A DNA stretch of 61,390 nt, taken from assembly GCA_036787065.1 (NCBI GenBank), contig DAIQPZ010000001.1:1-61390 (forward strand), read 5' to 3'. Both the position numbers and the translations under genes were made by a program. The stretch comes from Anaerolineaceae bacterium (GTDB lineage Bacteria > Chloroflexota > Anaerolineae > Anaerolineales > Anaerolineaceae). This document shows, in pieces, positions 30,018 through 39,690 of this stretch. Each line of letters starts with the position of its first letter. The first letter of the stretch is position 1. The notes under the pieces are model-generated. The model saw nothing but the letters and a program-made list of their open reading frames with translations, made no database searches and had not been told where the DNA came from.

Positions 30018-31070
30018 TTAGAGTGACTTTGCCATCATTTCAGCCAGGTCAGCGGTCCGGCAGGAGTAACCCCATTCGTTATCGTACCAGGCTACGACTT
30101 TCACCAGGCTTCCGCCCATGACCATGTTCGACGCAAGGTCGACGATCGATGAACGGGGATCGCCCTTGAAGTCCATCGAAACCAGGGGATCGTAATATTC
30201 ACCGCTGGTCACACCCAGGATACCCTTCATAGGACCCTTTGATGCTTCAATAAAAGCGGCATTCAATTCTTCTTTGGTCGTCGGATTGGCCAGGGTTGCC
30301 ACGAAGTCTACGATGGACACGGTGGGGGTCGGGACGCGCAGGGAATAGCCGTCGAATTTACCCTTCAGCTCAGGGATGACCAGGGAAAGGGCCTTGGCGG
30401 CGCCGGTGGTGGTGGGGATGATATTCAAGGCAGCCGCGCGCGAACGGCGCAACTCTTTCTTATGCCCCTGATCCAGGATCACCTGATCGTTGGTATAAGA
30501 ATGAATGGTCGTCATCACACCGTACACAATACCCCATTTGGAATGCACAACTTTGACCGCCGGGGCCAGGCAGTTTGTAGTGCAAGATGCATTCGAAACG
30601 ACATGATGCTTGGCAGGATCATATTTCTCATCGTTAACGCCCAGGACGATGGTAAGGTCTTCATTTTTAGCAGGAGCCGAAATAATAACTTTCTTGGCGC
30701 CACCTTTATCGATATGAACCCGCGCGCCAGGCTTGCCCTTGGCGGGATCGCCGATGGCATCCGTGAAGATACCGGTTGATTCAACCACGATATCCACACC
30801 CAAATCGGCCCACTTCAGGTTGCCCGGATCTTTTTCGGCAAAGACACGCACGGTTTTGCCATCGATTACCAGGTCATTCCCATCGACTTTGACTTCACCA
30901 TGATAGATTCCATAATTGGAGTCATATTTGAACAGGTGGGCATTGGTCTGGGAATCGAATAAATCGTTGATCGCAACGACTTCCAACGAACCAGCATGAT
31001 GTTCTATGATTGCTTTAAGGATTTGGCGGCCTATACGGCCAAAGCCATTAATCCCAACTCGAACGGTCAT
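30018..31070 (-). CDS. gap: Glyceraldehyde-3-phosphate dehydrogenase
   Basis: [26 protein letters not shown]. Confidence 0.97.
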   Translation of the reverse strand: MTVRVGINGFGRIGRQILKAIIEHHAGSLEVVAINDLFDSQTNAHLFKYDSNYGIYHGEVKVDGNDLVIDGKTVRVFAEKDPGNLKWADLGVDIVVESTGIFTDAIGDPAKGKPGARVHIDKGGAKKVIISAPAKNEDLTIVLGVNDEKYDPAKHHVVSNASCTTNCLAPAVKVVHSKWGIVYGVMTTIHSYTNDQVILDQGHKKELRRSRAAALNIIPTTTGAAKALSLVIPELKGKFDGYSLRVPTPTVSIVDFVATLANPTTKEELNAAFIEASKGPMKGILGVTSGEYYDPLVSMDFKGDPRSSIVDLASNMVMGGSLVKVVAWYDNEWGYSCRTADLAEMMAKSL

Positions 31071-31145
31071 TGTTTACCTCCAGAAATATATATTGGATAT
31101 TTAATTTTACCATGCCTTACCCAGATCGGGAAAGTAATTGGTTCT

Positions 31146-31255
31146 GTTACTGCTCAGGTATACGTGAATAAGACCCGAATTTGAGGTGTTTACAGGTGCT
31201 CAGCACCCGCAAACACCTCAAATTCTGGGATTCTTTTCTCATGGCTGAGCAGAAC
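31146..31255 (-). mobile_element. Family-1 MITE-like element, full length
   Basis: Ends gttactgctcag / ctgagcagaac. The right end abuts the stop codon (31256-31258) of the YvcK-like gene. Confidence 0.85.
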
Positions 31256-32587
31256 CTAATCAGCTAATGGGCCTGTCCGTTCGTAAAAGAGGTCATTAAT
31301 GACCTGCGCAAGCTTGGTTGAATCGTGTCGCCAGGGGTTTTCTTCGTCGATCAGATCGGCCTGATAAACGGCATAATTTTCTTCTAGATTCGGATCCGTT
31401 TTAACCCACCCGATCCCTTGGGGTAACAGCCCGTCATAACGCCGGTTGCAGATTATCAGATCGAATAACCGCCCAGTGACATGCTTTTCTAAGGTGTACA
31501 AATGATCAGTAGAAGAATAACCATCGGTTTCCCCCGGTTGGGTGGCCACGTTGCATACATAAAACTTAATCGCCCGGCTCGCACGAATTGCTTCAGCCAG
31601 ATCAGACACTAAAAGATTGGGCAGCAAGCTGGTATACAGGCTTCCCGGACCCACAATGATCAAATCAGCCGATAGGATTGCCGCGATAGCGGGTGGAAAC
31701 GCGGGTGCATTACCCGGTTCAAGCCAGACGCGTTTAATCTTTCCCGCCGTTTTAGGGATATTGCTTTCGCCGCTCACCTGTACGCGCTTTTTTGTATCGG
31801 CCATTTCCACGTCAGCCACCAGATGCACATCGTGTAAAGTGGCTGGGATAACCTGCCCATGAACCGCCAGAACCCGCCCCGATTCGGCCACAGCCTCTTC
31901 AAAACTTCCCGTTATGTCCGTAAGCGCGGAGATAAACAGGTTCCCCAGGGTATGCCCACTTAACCCATCCCCGGTGGCAAATCGGTATTGAAATATTTGG
32001 GTCAAGAGGGCTTCATCGTTGGAGAGGGCCGCCAGGCAGTTGCGGATGTCCCCAGGTGGCAGGATACCCATGCTCCGGCGCAGTTCACCGGATGACCCTC
32101 CGTCGTCCGCAACCGTAACAATAGCGGTAATGTTGTGGGTGTAGGCTTTCAATCCCCGCAGCAAGTTGGATAACCCGTGCCCACCCCCGATCGCAACGAT
32201 CCGCGGACCGCGATCTCGCCGCCGGTAATCTGATACAGCTTCGATAACAGTTTTCCCAGGACGGATGAATGGGCGCAGTAATGTGCGGTTAAAACCCCAA
32301 ATCCCACTCAAAACCAGACCAACTCCAAGCGTACCAAAGATCAACACGCGGATAGGCCGGTCAATAAAACGCAAGGACAGGGTGGATAAAACCGGCAGCC
32401 ACCAGGTATCGGGCGCTGAGCGGTAAACATCCAGAGTAAAAACCGCCAGGCCAATCCCAAGTAAGGTCGTGCCCGCCAGGATTAACAACAGCCAACGTTT
32501 AACCCCTATCCCGGGGATCAGCCAGCGTAATTCCTGGAGCATCGCTTGCCAGCGATGCTTTCTTTTTCTGTCTTTCTCATTGACCAT
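31256..32587 (-). CDS. YvcK/CofD-like (UPF0052) protein with N-terminal membrane domain
   Basis: IVAIGGGHGLSNLLRGLK, PPGDIRNCLAALS. The first ~100 aa form 3 predicted TM helices. Confidence 0.8.
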   Translation of the reverse strand: MVNEKDRKRKHRWQAMLQELRWLIPGIGVKRWLLLILAGTTLLGIGLAVFTLDVYRSAPDTWWLPVLSTLSLRFIDRPIRVLIFGTLGVGLVLSGIWGFNRTLLRPFIRPGKTVIEAVSDYRRRDRGPRIVAIGGGHGLSNLLRGLKAYTHNITAIVTVADDGGSSGELRRSMGILPPGDIRNCLAALSNDEALLTQIFQYRFATGDGLSGHTLGNLFISALTDITGSFEEAVAESGRVLAVHGQVIPATLHDVHLVADVEMADTKKRVQVSGESNIPKTAGKIKRVWLEPGNAPAFPPAIAAILSADLIIVGPGSLYTSLLPNLLVSDLAEAIRASRAIKFYVCNVATQPGETDGYSSTDHLYTLEKHVTGRLFDLIICNRRYDGLLPQGIGWVKTDPNLEENYAVYQADLIDEENPWRHDSTKLAQVINDLFYERTGPLAD

Positions 32588-32625
32588 AGCTTACCCATCA
32601 TAGCAGTCTTTGAGCGGTGCGTCAA
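32588..32625 (-). promoter_or_regulatory. Putative near-leaderless promoter of the YvcK-like gene
   Basis: Minus strand reads TTGACG (32620-32625), 17 nt, TATGAT (32597-32602), 9 nt, ATG 32587. Confidence 0.45.
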
Positions 32626-32675
32626 CAATTTATTCGACTACAGCCATTCTATTCATGGCGGAGACGTTACACTCA

Positions 32676-32690
32676 TGCTATAATTTAAGC
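32676..32690 (+). promoter_or_regulatory. Extended -10 promoter, leaderless ROK kinase gene
   Basis: TGcTATAAT (32676-32684), 6 nt, ATG 32691. Confidence 0.45.
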
Positions 32691-33620
32691 ATGAGTGTAA
32701 CGATTGCTGTAGACATTGGGGGGACCCAATTGCGGGTCGCTGTTTTCCCAGAAAAAGGGATTGTACCCTTACAACAAGCAAAAATCCCTACCAGGGGTGA
32801 TAGTGAAACAGCCGTGGAGCGCCTGATCAAGCTGATATCGAGCGTGTGGCCGACGGATGAGCGGGTGAGAGCCATTGGAATGGCCGCGCCTGGTCCCCTT
32901 GACCCCAAAAAGGGCATTATTTTCTCGGCTCCGAACATACCCGGCTGGACCAACCTCCCGCTCAAAAAGATCATTGAGGAGCGCTTCGGTCTTCCCGTAA
33001 CCCTGGGCAATGACGCCAACCTGGCAGCCGTGGGTGAATGGAAATTTGGCGCGGGTCACGGGCATCATAACCTCCTCTACATGACGATCAGCACCGGCAT
33101 TGGCGGCGGGGTCATTTGTGATGACCGCCTGGTGCTGGGTGAAAATGGTCTCGCTACCGAATTGGGTCACGTCATGATCATGCCCGATGGCCCCGTTTGT
33201 GGCTGCGGGCACAAAGGACACCTTGAAGCTTTTGGCTCTGGTACGGCCATTTCCCGTTATGTTCTTGAACAGCTTCAAAAGGGTGTGCCATCCATCCTAC
33301 CCATTGCCCCACCCCCTTCTGCCCGCGACGTCAGCCAGGCAGCCGAACAAGGTGACGCTTTGGCGATTGAAGCCATCACCCGCGCGGGGACTTACATCGG
33401 CTACGCGATGGCAAATTACCTTCACATTTTTAATCCATCCATCATTATTCTCGGTGGAGGGGTATCCAAGATCGGCGACCTTTTGATTAACCCATTAAAA
33501 GCCACCATGCGCGCGAGCATTCTGGCCCCGGTTTACATGGATAAACTGATTATCACCACGGCCGCCCTGGGTGACGACGCAGGTTTATTGGGCGCCCTTG
33601 CCGTAGCAAAAGATTTGTAA
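32691..33620 (+). CDS. ROK-family glucokinase
   Basis: IAVDIGGTQLRVA, zinc motif GCGHKGHLE. The ORF track TTG start 32610 is an extension. Confidence 0.85.
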   Translation: MSVTIAVDIGGTQLRVAVFPEKGIVPLQQAKIPTRGDSETAVERLIKLISSVWPTDERVRAIGMAAPGPLDPKKGIIFSAPNIPGWTNLPLKKIIEERFGLPVTLGNDANLAAVGEWKFGAGHGHHNLLYMTISTGIGGGVICDDRLVLGENGLATELGHVMIMPDGPVCGCGHKGHLEAFGSGTAISRYVLEQLQKGVPSILPIAPPPSARDVSQAAEQGDALAIEAITRAGTYIGYAMANYLHIFNPSIIILGGGVSKIGDLLINPLKATMRASILAPVYMDKLIITTAALGDDAGLLGALAVAKDL

Positions 33621-33694
33621 TTGATTCGGTCCTGAAACCGAGTATAAAGAGCCGGCCAATTCTCTTTATACTCACTGTTTTTAAAGGCTTAATG

Positions 33695-33805
33695 GTAACT
33701 GCTCAGGCTAGAGTGAAAAAGACCCGAATTTGATGTGTTTGCGGGTGCGAAGCATCCGCAAACACATCAAATTCGGGAACTTTCACCCCAAGGCTGAGTA
33801 GTTAC
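33695..33805 (-). mobile_element. Family-1 MITE-like element, full length
   Basis: Ends gtaactgctcag / ctgagtagttac. Inner stem gaatttgatgtgtttgcgg / ccgcaaacacatcaaattc (33726-33774). Confidence 0.9.
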
Positions 33806-33836
33806 AAGAACCCTGTCTTATTTATAGGAGGTTGTC

Positions 33837-34386
33837 ATGGAACCGCTGAAATTGCCCGGGCCAAAAGCGAGGGCCATCGTCGAACGTGATCAGGCTGTGA
33901 TCTCTCCTTCCTACCCCAGGGGCTACCCATTCGTCATGGATCATGGCCGCGGTACAGAAGTTTGGGACATGGACGGCAATCGCTTTCTCGATTTTTCCGC
34001 AGGTATCGCGGTTGCATCAACGGGGCACAGTCACCCTGAAGCTGATCGAAGAACAGTACATGAAGAATGCCGCAGAAGTTGGCCGCTATACCCTGGATGC
34101 ACTCCAAGAAATCATGATGCGCCATCCAATGATTGGTCAGGTACGTGGTATTGGCTTGATGATTGGTGTAGAATTTGTTAAGGACCGCCTTACCAAAGAA
34201 CCAGCGGTCCATTTTAGAGATGACATTGTGGATCATGCGTTTGAACGGGGTTTACTCACCCTCGGCTGTGGTAAAAGCACCATTCGCATCTCCCCTCCTC
34301 TGAGCACAAGTCGGTCAGAAATAGACGAAGGCTTGCAAATTCTCGAAGAAGCAATCGCTGTGACGGAGAAATTGGCTATCCATTGA
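33837..34386 (+). pseudogene. Class-III (GabT-like) aminotransferase remnant with internal deletion
   Basis: An N-terminal ~68 aa (..FLDFSAGIAVASTGHSHPE) joins out of frame at ~34036-34046 to a C-terminal ~115 aa (..QVRGIGLMIGVEF..TIRISPPL). The PLP-lysine core (~250 aa) is absent. Confidence 0.75.
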
Positions 34387-34388
34387 GA

Positions 34389-35945
34389 ATGTTACCTGAT
34401 TTTCGCGTGCGACAAAGAGATTACCTGCTCGAAATTGCCAGGGCGCTCAATCAAGACTTAGACCTGGATAAGCTTCTGGGGCGGATTCTGGTCATTTCTA
34501 TCGAGATGTTAGCCGGCCAGGGTGGTCTGATCGCGCTTCGCGATACCTCCGGGGGGTGGCGTATTGCGGTCTCGCATGGTATCCAGCCTGCGTTTCTAAA
34601 ATCGTTGGAACCCTGGTTAGCTCAAATACCTGATAACGAAGATCCGGCCAAATTCGAAGTGCCCGAGATTAACCGCCTGCTGAAAGAACTAACCTATACT
34701 GTCAGCCTGGGCTTCCTTACCGGGGTCGGTCTTCCGTTGATTGATCGCCAACAGGTCATCGGGTTGACGTTTATATTCCGGAATTATCTCGACGTCTTTT
34801 CGTCCAATGATCGTCTGGTTTTAAGCAGTTTTGCCAACCAGGCCGCTGTAGCCGTCCGCAATGCCCAACTCTACACCCAGGTGAGGCAGGAGAAACAGCG
34901 CGCGGATGCCCTGCTTGACTCGGCTGGGGATGGTATCTTAATCATGAGCCCAGACCACAAAATAGAAAGAGCCAACCCCGCGTTTGGCAGAATGGTCGGC
35001 GCCAACCCGGTCGATCTCCAGAACCAGACTCACGAAGATATTATTCGTTGGAACGGTAAACCCCAGGGATTGACTCTGGATTCCGCCGAAGCTGGCGGTT
35101 GGCCGCTGACGCCCCTGGCCCAGTTATATGTCGAAGGCGACATCAAACGCGGACAGCAGTCTCCACTGCCTGTCGGCATCACTTACGCGCCATTAATCTC
35201 ACCTGAAGGGACTCTGTTGAATATCATCGCGACGGTGAGAGATATCACCCGGTTCAGGCAGGCGGAAGAGCTAAAAAGCACCTTCATTTCTATTATCAGC
35301 CATGAATTAAAAACCCCGATCGCCCTGATCAAAGGATACGTCAGCACGCTGCGCCGTGAAGATGCCTCGTGGGATCCTCAGGTTGTAAAAGATAGCCTGG
35401 AAGTCATCGAAGAGGAGGCCGATCATCTGGCCGGATTGATCGAAGATATGTTGGACGCTTCACGTCTACAGGCAGGTGGTTTTTCTTTGCGTCGCTCAGA
35501 CGTATCCATGGTAGAAATTGCCCGTCACCTGGCTGAACGATTTCAAACCCAGACCAATCGCCATCAGATCATCGTGGACATGCCATCTGATCTTCCGATC
35601 ATCTTTGGCGATGAAAACCGGTTGCGGCAGGTATTATCGAACTTGATCTCCAACGCGATTAAGTATTCACCGGGGGGCGAAATCCGCATTACTGCCCAAG
35701 AACGGCCCGACCAGATCATCATTGGGGTGAGCGACCAGGGCCCTGGCATTGCCACGGCCGACATCCCACACATATTTGACCGTTTTTACCGCGCCCCAGA
35801 TATGAGCCGGCAGACGAAAGGGACCGGGTTGGGTCTTTACCTGGCAAGAGCCATCATCGAGGCGCATGGGGGCAGTATCTGGGTCGATCCGAAGGTCAAG
35901 GAAGGCGGAAAAATCTGTTTTTCTCTGCCTCGATCAGCCGATTAA
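34389..35945 (+). CDS. GAF-PAS sensor histidine kinase (no adjacent response regulator)
   Basis: H-box SHELKTP, N-box LSNLISNAIKYSP, DQGPGI, GTGLGL. ATG 34389 lies 2 codons inside the ORF track start. Confidence 0.85.
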   Translation: MLPDFRVRQRDYLLEIARALNQDLDLDKLLGRILVISIEMLAGQGGLIALRDTSGGWRIAVSHGIQPAFLKSLEPWLAQIPDNEDPAKFEVPEINRLLKELTYTVSLGFLTGVGLPLIDRQQVIGLTFIFRNYLDVFSSNDRLVLSSFANQAAVAVRNAQLYTQVRQEKQRADALLDSAGDGILIMSPDHKIERANPAFGRMVGANPVDLQNQTHEDIIRWNGKPQGLTLDSAEAGGWPLTPLAQLYVEGDIKRGQQSPLPVGITYAPLISPEGTLLNIIATVRDITRFRQAEELKSTFISIISHELKTPIALIKGYVSTLRREDASWDPQVVKDSLEVIEEEADHLAGLIEDMLDASRLQAGGFSLRRSDVSMVEIARHLAERFQTQTNRHQIIVDMPSDLPIIFGDENRLRQVLSNLISNAIKYSPGGEIRITAQERPDQIIIGVSDQGPGIATADIPHIFDRFYRAPDMSRQTKGTGLGLYLARAIIEAHGGSIWVDPKVKEGGKICFSLPRSAD

Positions 35946-36031
35946 GATGGGCCTGACCGAATTTACAGTGGAATATGCCCTGTTTAAACCGTTATTACCT
36001 TTATACCCGATGGTATAATTCGCACATTAAA

Positions 36032-36139
36032 CTAACTGCTCAGACCTTCGTAAAACGCCGAATTTGAGGTGTTTGCGCTTTCAAAGCAAGCGCAAACACC
36101 TCAAATTCAGGTCTCTTTCAAGAGATTCTGAGTAGTTAC
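36032..36139 (+). mobile_element. Family-1 MITE-like element, full length
   Basis: Ends ctaactgctcag / ctgagtagttac. Inner stem with a gcgctt..aagcgc upper part. Confidence 0.85.
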
Positions 36140-36171
36140 GATTAAATAAATTTTTTTTGTGAGAGTGAACG

Positions 36172-37521
36172 ATGCCCCAAACCCGATCGTCTTGTCCGCG
36201 CTGTCGCCAGCCGGTTGTTGTTGATCTAAATCAATTATTTGATGTAAATACTGATCCAAAAGCGAAACAATTGCTTTTATCTGGAGGTTATAACCTGATC
36301 CAATGCCAAAATTGTGGCTATCAAGGTAACTTAAGTACGCCGATTGTTTACCATGATGCGGATAAAGAGCTGCTGCTCACCTTCTTTCCCCCTGAGCTTG
36401 GCCTCCCTCTCAATGAACAAGAACGGCTGATTGGACCCTTAATCACCCAGGTGACTAACCGCCTCCCTAATGAAAAACGAAAGGCTTACCTGTTCCGCCC
36501 CCAGACCGTTTTCACCATGCAGGGTTTGATTGAGCGCATTCTCGAAAAAGATGGCGTTACAAAAGAAATGCTGCAAGCCCAACAGCAGCGCGTGAATGTG
36601 CTTCAACGCCTGATGACTGCTACAACTGACGATGCACGGGTGGCCATAGCACAGCAAGAGGATCTATTAATCGATGAGCAGTTCTTCATGATCGTCAACC
36701 GGCTGCTTGAATCGGCGGCAGCCAGTGGAGACGAACAGGGCGCTAAGGCATTGGCCGAATTGATGAGCAAGCTCATGCCGATCACCTCGGTGGGGAGAGC
36801 CCTCCAGGCCCAGGCGCAGGAACAAGATGAGGCGGTGAAATCCGTTCAGGAAGCGGCAAAAAATGGTCTGACGCGCGAAGCCTTAATCGAGTTGGTGGTC
36901 AATGCGCCCAGCGAAACACGCCTGGCGACCATCGTCAGCCTGACCCGCACCGGTTTGGATTACACCTTCTTCCAACTTCTCAGCCAGAAAATCGAAAACG
37001 CCAGCGAGGCGGATCGACAGAAGTTAATCGACTTACGTGAAAAGCTGGTCGATATGACCCAAGAAATCGACCAGGAAGTCAAGAAACAGGTCGAAGAAGC
37101 CCGAAATTTGCTGGAAAGCCTGATCAAGTCGAATGATATTGAACAGGCCCTCGTACAAAACCTGCCCAAAATGACCGATCTGTTTGTTGAAATCCTCAAA
37201 AATGAGCTCCAGACCTCGCAGAAGAACGGCGATAAGGTTAGGCAGGATAAATTGCAAAAAATCGTCGCCGTGATCCAACAGGTCAGCGCCCCCCCGGCTG
37301 AAGTGGCCCTCATCGAAGAAATGCTGGATGCCGAAAATGACATCGAGCTGCGGAAAATTTTCGAGGATCACCGGGCTGAAATAACGACTGAATTTATCCA
37401 GTTCATGAATGGCCTGGTAAACCAGGCTCAAGCGCAAAAACAAGAACCCGAAATTGTCGATAAACTGCAAAAAGCTTACCGGATGGCAATGCGCTTTACT
37501 ATGGAAGCAAATCTCAAGTAA
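36172..37521 (+). CDS. CpXC-domain protein with long helical C-terminal extension
   Basis: CPRC..(30 aa)..CQNCGY..IVYHD, a CpXC zinc-ribbon-like N-terminus. About 330 aa of E/Q/K/L-rich helical sequence follow. Confidence 0.6.
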   Translation: MPQTRSSCPRCRQPVVVDLNQLFDVNTDPKAKQLLLSGGYNLIQCQNCGYQGNLSTPIVYHDADKELLLTFFPPELGLPLNEQERLIGPLITQVTNRLPNEKRKAYLFRPQTVFTMQGLIERILEKDGVTKEMLQAQQQRVNVLQRLMTATTDDARVAIAQQEDLLIDEQFFMIVNRLLESAAASGDEQGAKALAELMSKLMPITSVGRALQAQAQEQDEAVKSVQEAAKNGLTREALIELVVNAPSETRLATIVSLTRTGLDYTFFQLLSQKIENASEADRQKLIDLREKLVDMTQEIDQEVKKQVEEARNLLESLIKSNDIEQALVQNLPKMTDLFVEILKNELQTSQKNGDKVRQDKLQKIVAVIQQVSAPPAEVALIEEMLDAENDIELRKIFEDHRAEITTEFIQFMNGLVNQAQAQKQEPEIVDKLQKAYRMAMRFTMEANLK

Positions 37522-37539
37522 AATCGACCTGACACAACC

Positions 37540-37571
37540 AAAAAGGAGCTGGAAAACACCAGCTCCTTTTT
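37540..37571. terminator. Bidirectional intrinsic terminator between convergent genes
   Basis: 13-bp stem aaaaaggagctgg / ccagctccttttt, with A/T tracts on both sides. Confidence 0.7.
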
Positions 37572-37574
37572 ATT

Positions 37575-38252
37575 TTATAATTCTGGCGTTTCTTCGGGAT
37601 TATCCAGGCGTAAACCATGACCTCTAACTGTCAAGATATAGGCATGCTCTGAATCCAGTGCCGCAAGGCGGTCCCGCAGGCGGCGAACCAACGCATCAAT
37701 GGCTTGTTCAGAAACACCTTCGCCCTGTTCATCCCCCCAGATCGATTCAACCAATTCCTGACGTGAAACAACCTGGTCGCGGTGTTCAAACAAGACGTGT
37801 AACAGGCGAAACTGTTGAACCGACAAGGGAGGAATTAATTCCTGCCGCTTCACCCACACCCGCCTTGAGCGGTTATCCATATGCAAACTGTAAACCGGTT
37901 CTTCGCTGCTCGCAATATTGGTATCCAACGGCATGGTCGCATCGGAACTCAGATACACGAAATGTTGTGCCAGAGCAATCTGGATCAGATCGCCATCTTG
38001 CATCACCATCGATTCATTGATCCGCTGGCCATTGACAAACGTCCCATTTTTGGAGTCCAGATCTTCCAAAATAACCCCTTCCGATGAAGGCATCAGACGG
38101 GCATGGTAACGAGAAACCTGGCGATCCTGGACAACAATTTCGCACGATCCATCGCGGCCAATCACCAACGCATCATTGATTGTCCATCGCTGACCATTTA
38201 AAGGGCCCGTTTGCGCAATTAATATCGGCAAATCTATATGATTGCGCTCCAT
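37575..38252 (-). CDS. FHA domain + OmpR/PhoB-type winged-helix DNA-binding protein
   Basis: FHA: GRDGSCEIVV.DRQVSRYHARL..SKNGTFVNG. C-terminus: LSVQQFRLLHVLFEH..VSRQELVESIWG..LTVRGHGLRL. Confidence 0.8.
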   Translation of the reverse strand: MERNHIDLPILIAQTGPLNGQRWTINDALVIGRDGSCEIVVQDRQVSRYHARLMPSSEGVILEDLDSKNGTFVNGQRINESMVMQDGDLIQIALAQHFVYLSSDATMPLDTNIASSEEPVYSLHMDNRSRRVWVKRQELIPPLSVQQFRLLHVLFEHRDQVVSRQELVESIWGDEQGEGVSEQAIDALVRRLRDRLAALDSEHAYILTVRGHGLRLDNPEETPEL

Positions 38253-38304
38253 GACTGTACTCCTCTAAACAGGTAATTTGGCTCTCTGGTTATTTGCTAT
38301 ATAC

Positions 38305-38365
38305 CGCGCGTACGCGTGCTCAAACCCCAAAATGCGGACCATTCCACAGGAAATCCTGGAGAACC
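38305..38365 (-). repeat. Family-2 element, half copy
   Basis: cgcgcgtacgcgtgctcaaaccccaaaatgcggaccattccacaggaaatcctggagaacc matches the right half of 50827-50938. Confidence 0.7.
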
Positions 38366-38700
38366 AATTTAAATTGTTAATGCTTAGAGGTATAATATAG
38401 CAGATCTTTGAGATTTTGTGTGACTGATTTTTGGGTGCGGCGGATAGATTTTTGTAACTATTCAGGTTATAATGCCAACCCTAACATCGTTGAAGAGAAG
38501 TTGTATGCTTACGCCGTCATTAATTTATCGACCAGCAGCGGCTTATTTGCCGGTAAGCCGCCCGGCATGATCGGGTCATCCAGGTAGTTGGTTGATTTTT
38601 TATCAGCCCAGATTTATTTCAGCCAACCCTGCTATCATGTTTTTAAGTCATTCATCCAAGAAACGGATTTTACAGCCGGAAGTTCATTCAGGTCTGGATT

Positions 38701-39690
38701 ATGTTAATCCCGCTTAAAGCAGGAGAAGTTCTCCGGGGGCGTTATAAGATCCGCCGGATTATTGGCCAGGGTGGCATGGGAAGCATTTACCTGGCGGATG
38801 ATCTGCGCCTTGAAGGCCGCCTGTGTGCATTGAAAGAAGTGGAACAAGACCGTACACTTTCTGCTGATCTTCAAAAAGAAGCGCGAGACCAATTTTTGCG
38901 TGAGGCCACCGTCCTGGCCAGGTTGGACCACCCCAATCTGCCCAAAGTATCTGACTTTTTCTCGATCGGCGGGCGTGATTATCTGATTATGGATTTTGTA
39001 CCCGGCAAAGACCTGCGCACTTTGATGTCTGAGGCTCACCAAAACAATATTTTTTTGAATGAAAACGACGTTTTAAATTGGGCCAGCCAGTTAGCCGACG
39101 CGCTCAGCTATCTTCACAGCCAGGAACCGCCCATCCTCCACCGCGATATTAAACCCAGTAATTTAAAAGTGACTCCCAGTGGATTATTGAAACTGGTCGA
39201 TTTTGGTCTGGTGAAAGTTTTGGCGCCTGGCGAAGTGACCGTCACGATTCTACAAGGGCAAGGCACCGCGCTTTACACGCCCCTCGAACAATATGGAGGA
39301 GACAGTGGACACACGGACGTCCGGAGTGACATTTATGCCTTCGGCTCAACCCTCTACCACCTCTTCACCAACCGGCCTCCCGCCGACGCAAAAGAAAGAT
39401 TTCTACACCCACAAAGCCTGATCCCGCTGCGAGAAATCAACCCGGCCATCTCTCAAAGGGTTGAGCGAGCCGTCCTGTGGGCCATGAGCCTGCATCCCGA
39501 TGAACGGCCCCAAACCATCGAAATTTTACGCCAGGCGCTCCTTGGAGACCGGCCAATTTTTATCCAACCCAGACCGCTGACCCGTAAACCTGGCTTGCGG
39601 GATTACTTAAGATCCACACCTGATAAATTTTTAGTCTGGACCACCATTGGATTAATTTTAATCAGCCTGGTTACTACGCTAATGAAATAA
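38701..39690 (+). CDS. Ser/Thr protein kinase, C-terminally tail-anchored
   Basis: GQGGMGSIY, HRDIKPSNL, DFGL. A single C-terminal TM helix ends at the stop. Confidence 0.85.
   Translation: MLIPLKAGEVLRGRYKIRRIIGQGGMGSIYLADDLRLEGRLCALKEVEQDRTLSADLQKEARDQFLREATVLARLDHPNLPKVSDFFSIGGRDYLIMDFVPGKDLRTLMSEAHQNNIFLNENDVLNWASQLADALSYLHSQEPPILHRDIKPSNLKVTPSGLLKLVDFGLVKVLAPGEVTVTILQGQGTALYTPLEQYGGDSGHTDVRSDIYAFGSTLYHLFTNRPPADAKERFLHPQSLIPLREINPAISQRVERAVLWAMSLHPDERPQTIEILRQALLGDRPIFIQPRPLTRKPGLRDYLRSTPDKFLVWTTIGLILISLVTTLMK

Noticed and set aside
38456-38467. gtaactattcag, a possible solo terminal repeat of family 1
   Set aside because: It is only a 12-mer with 1-2 mismatches to the variable consensus. 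By a rough estimate, a match of this quality could occur by chance in 2 x 61 kb. No adjacent element sequence is present.
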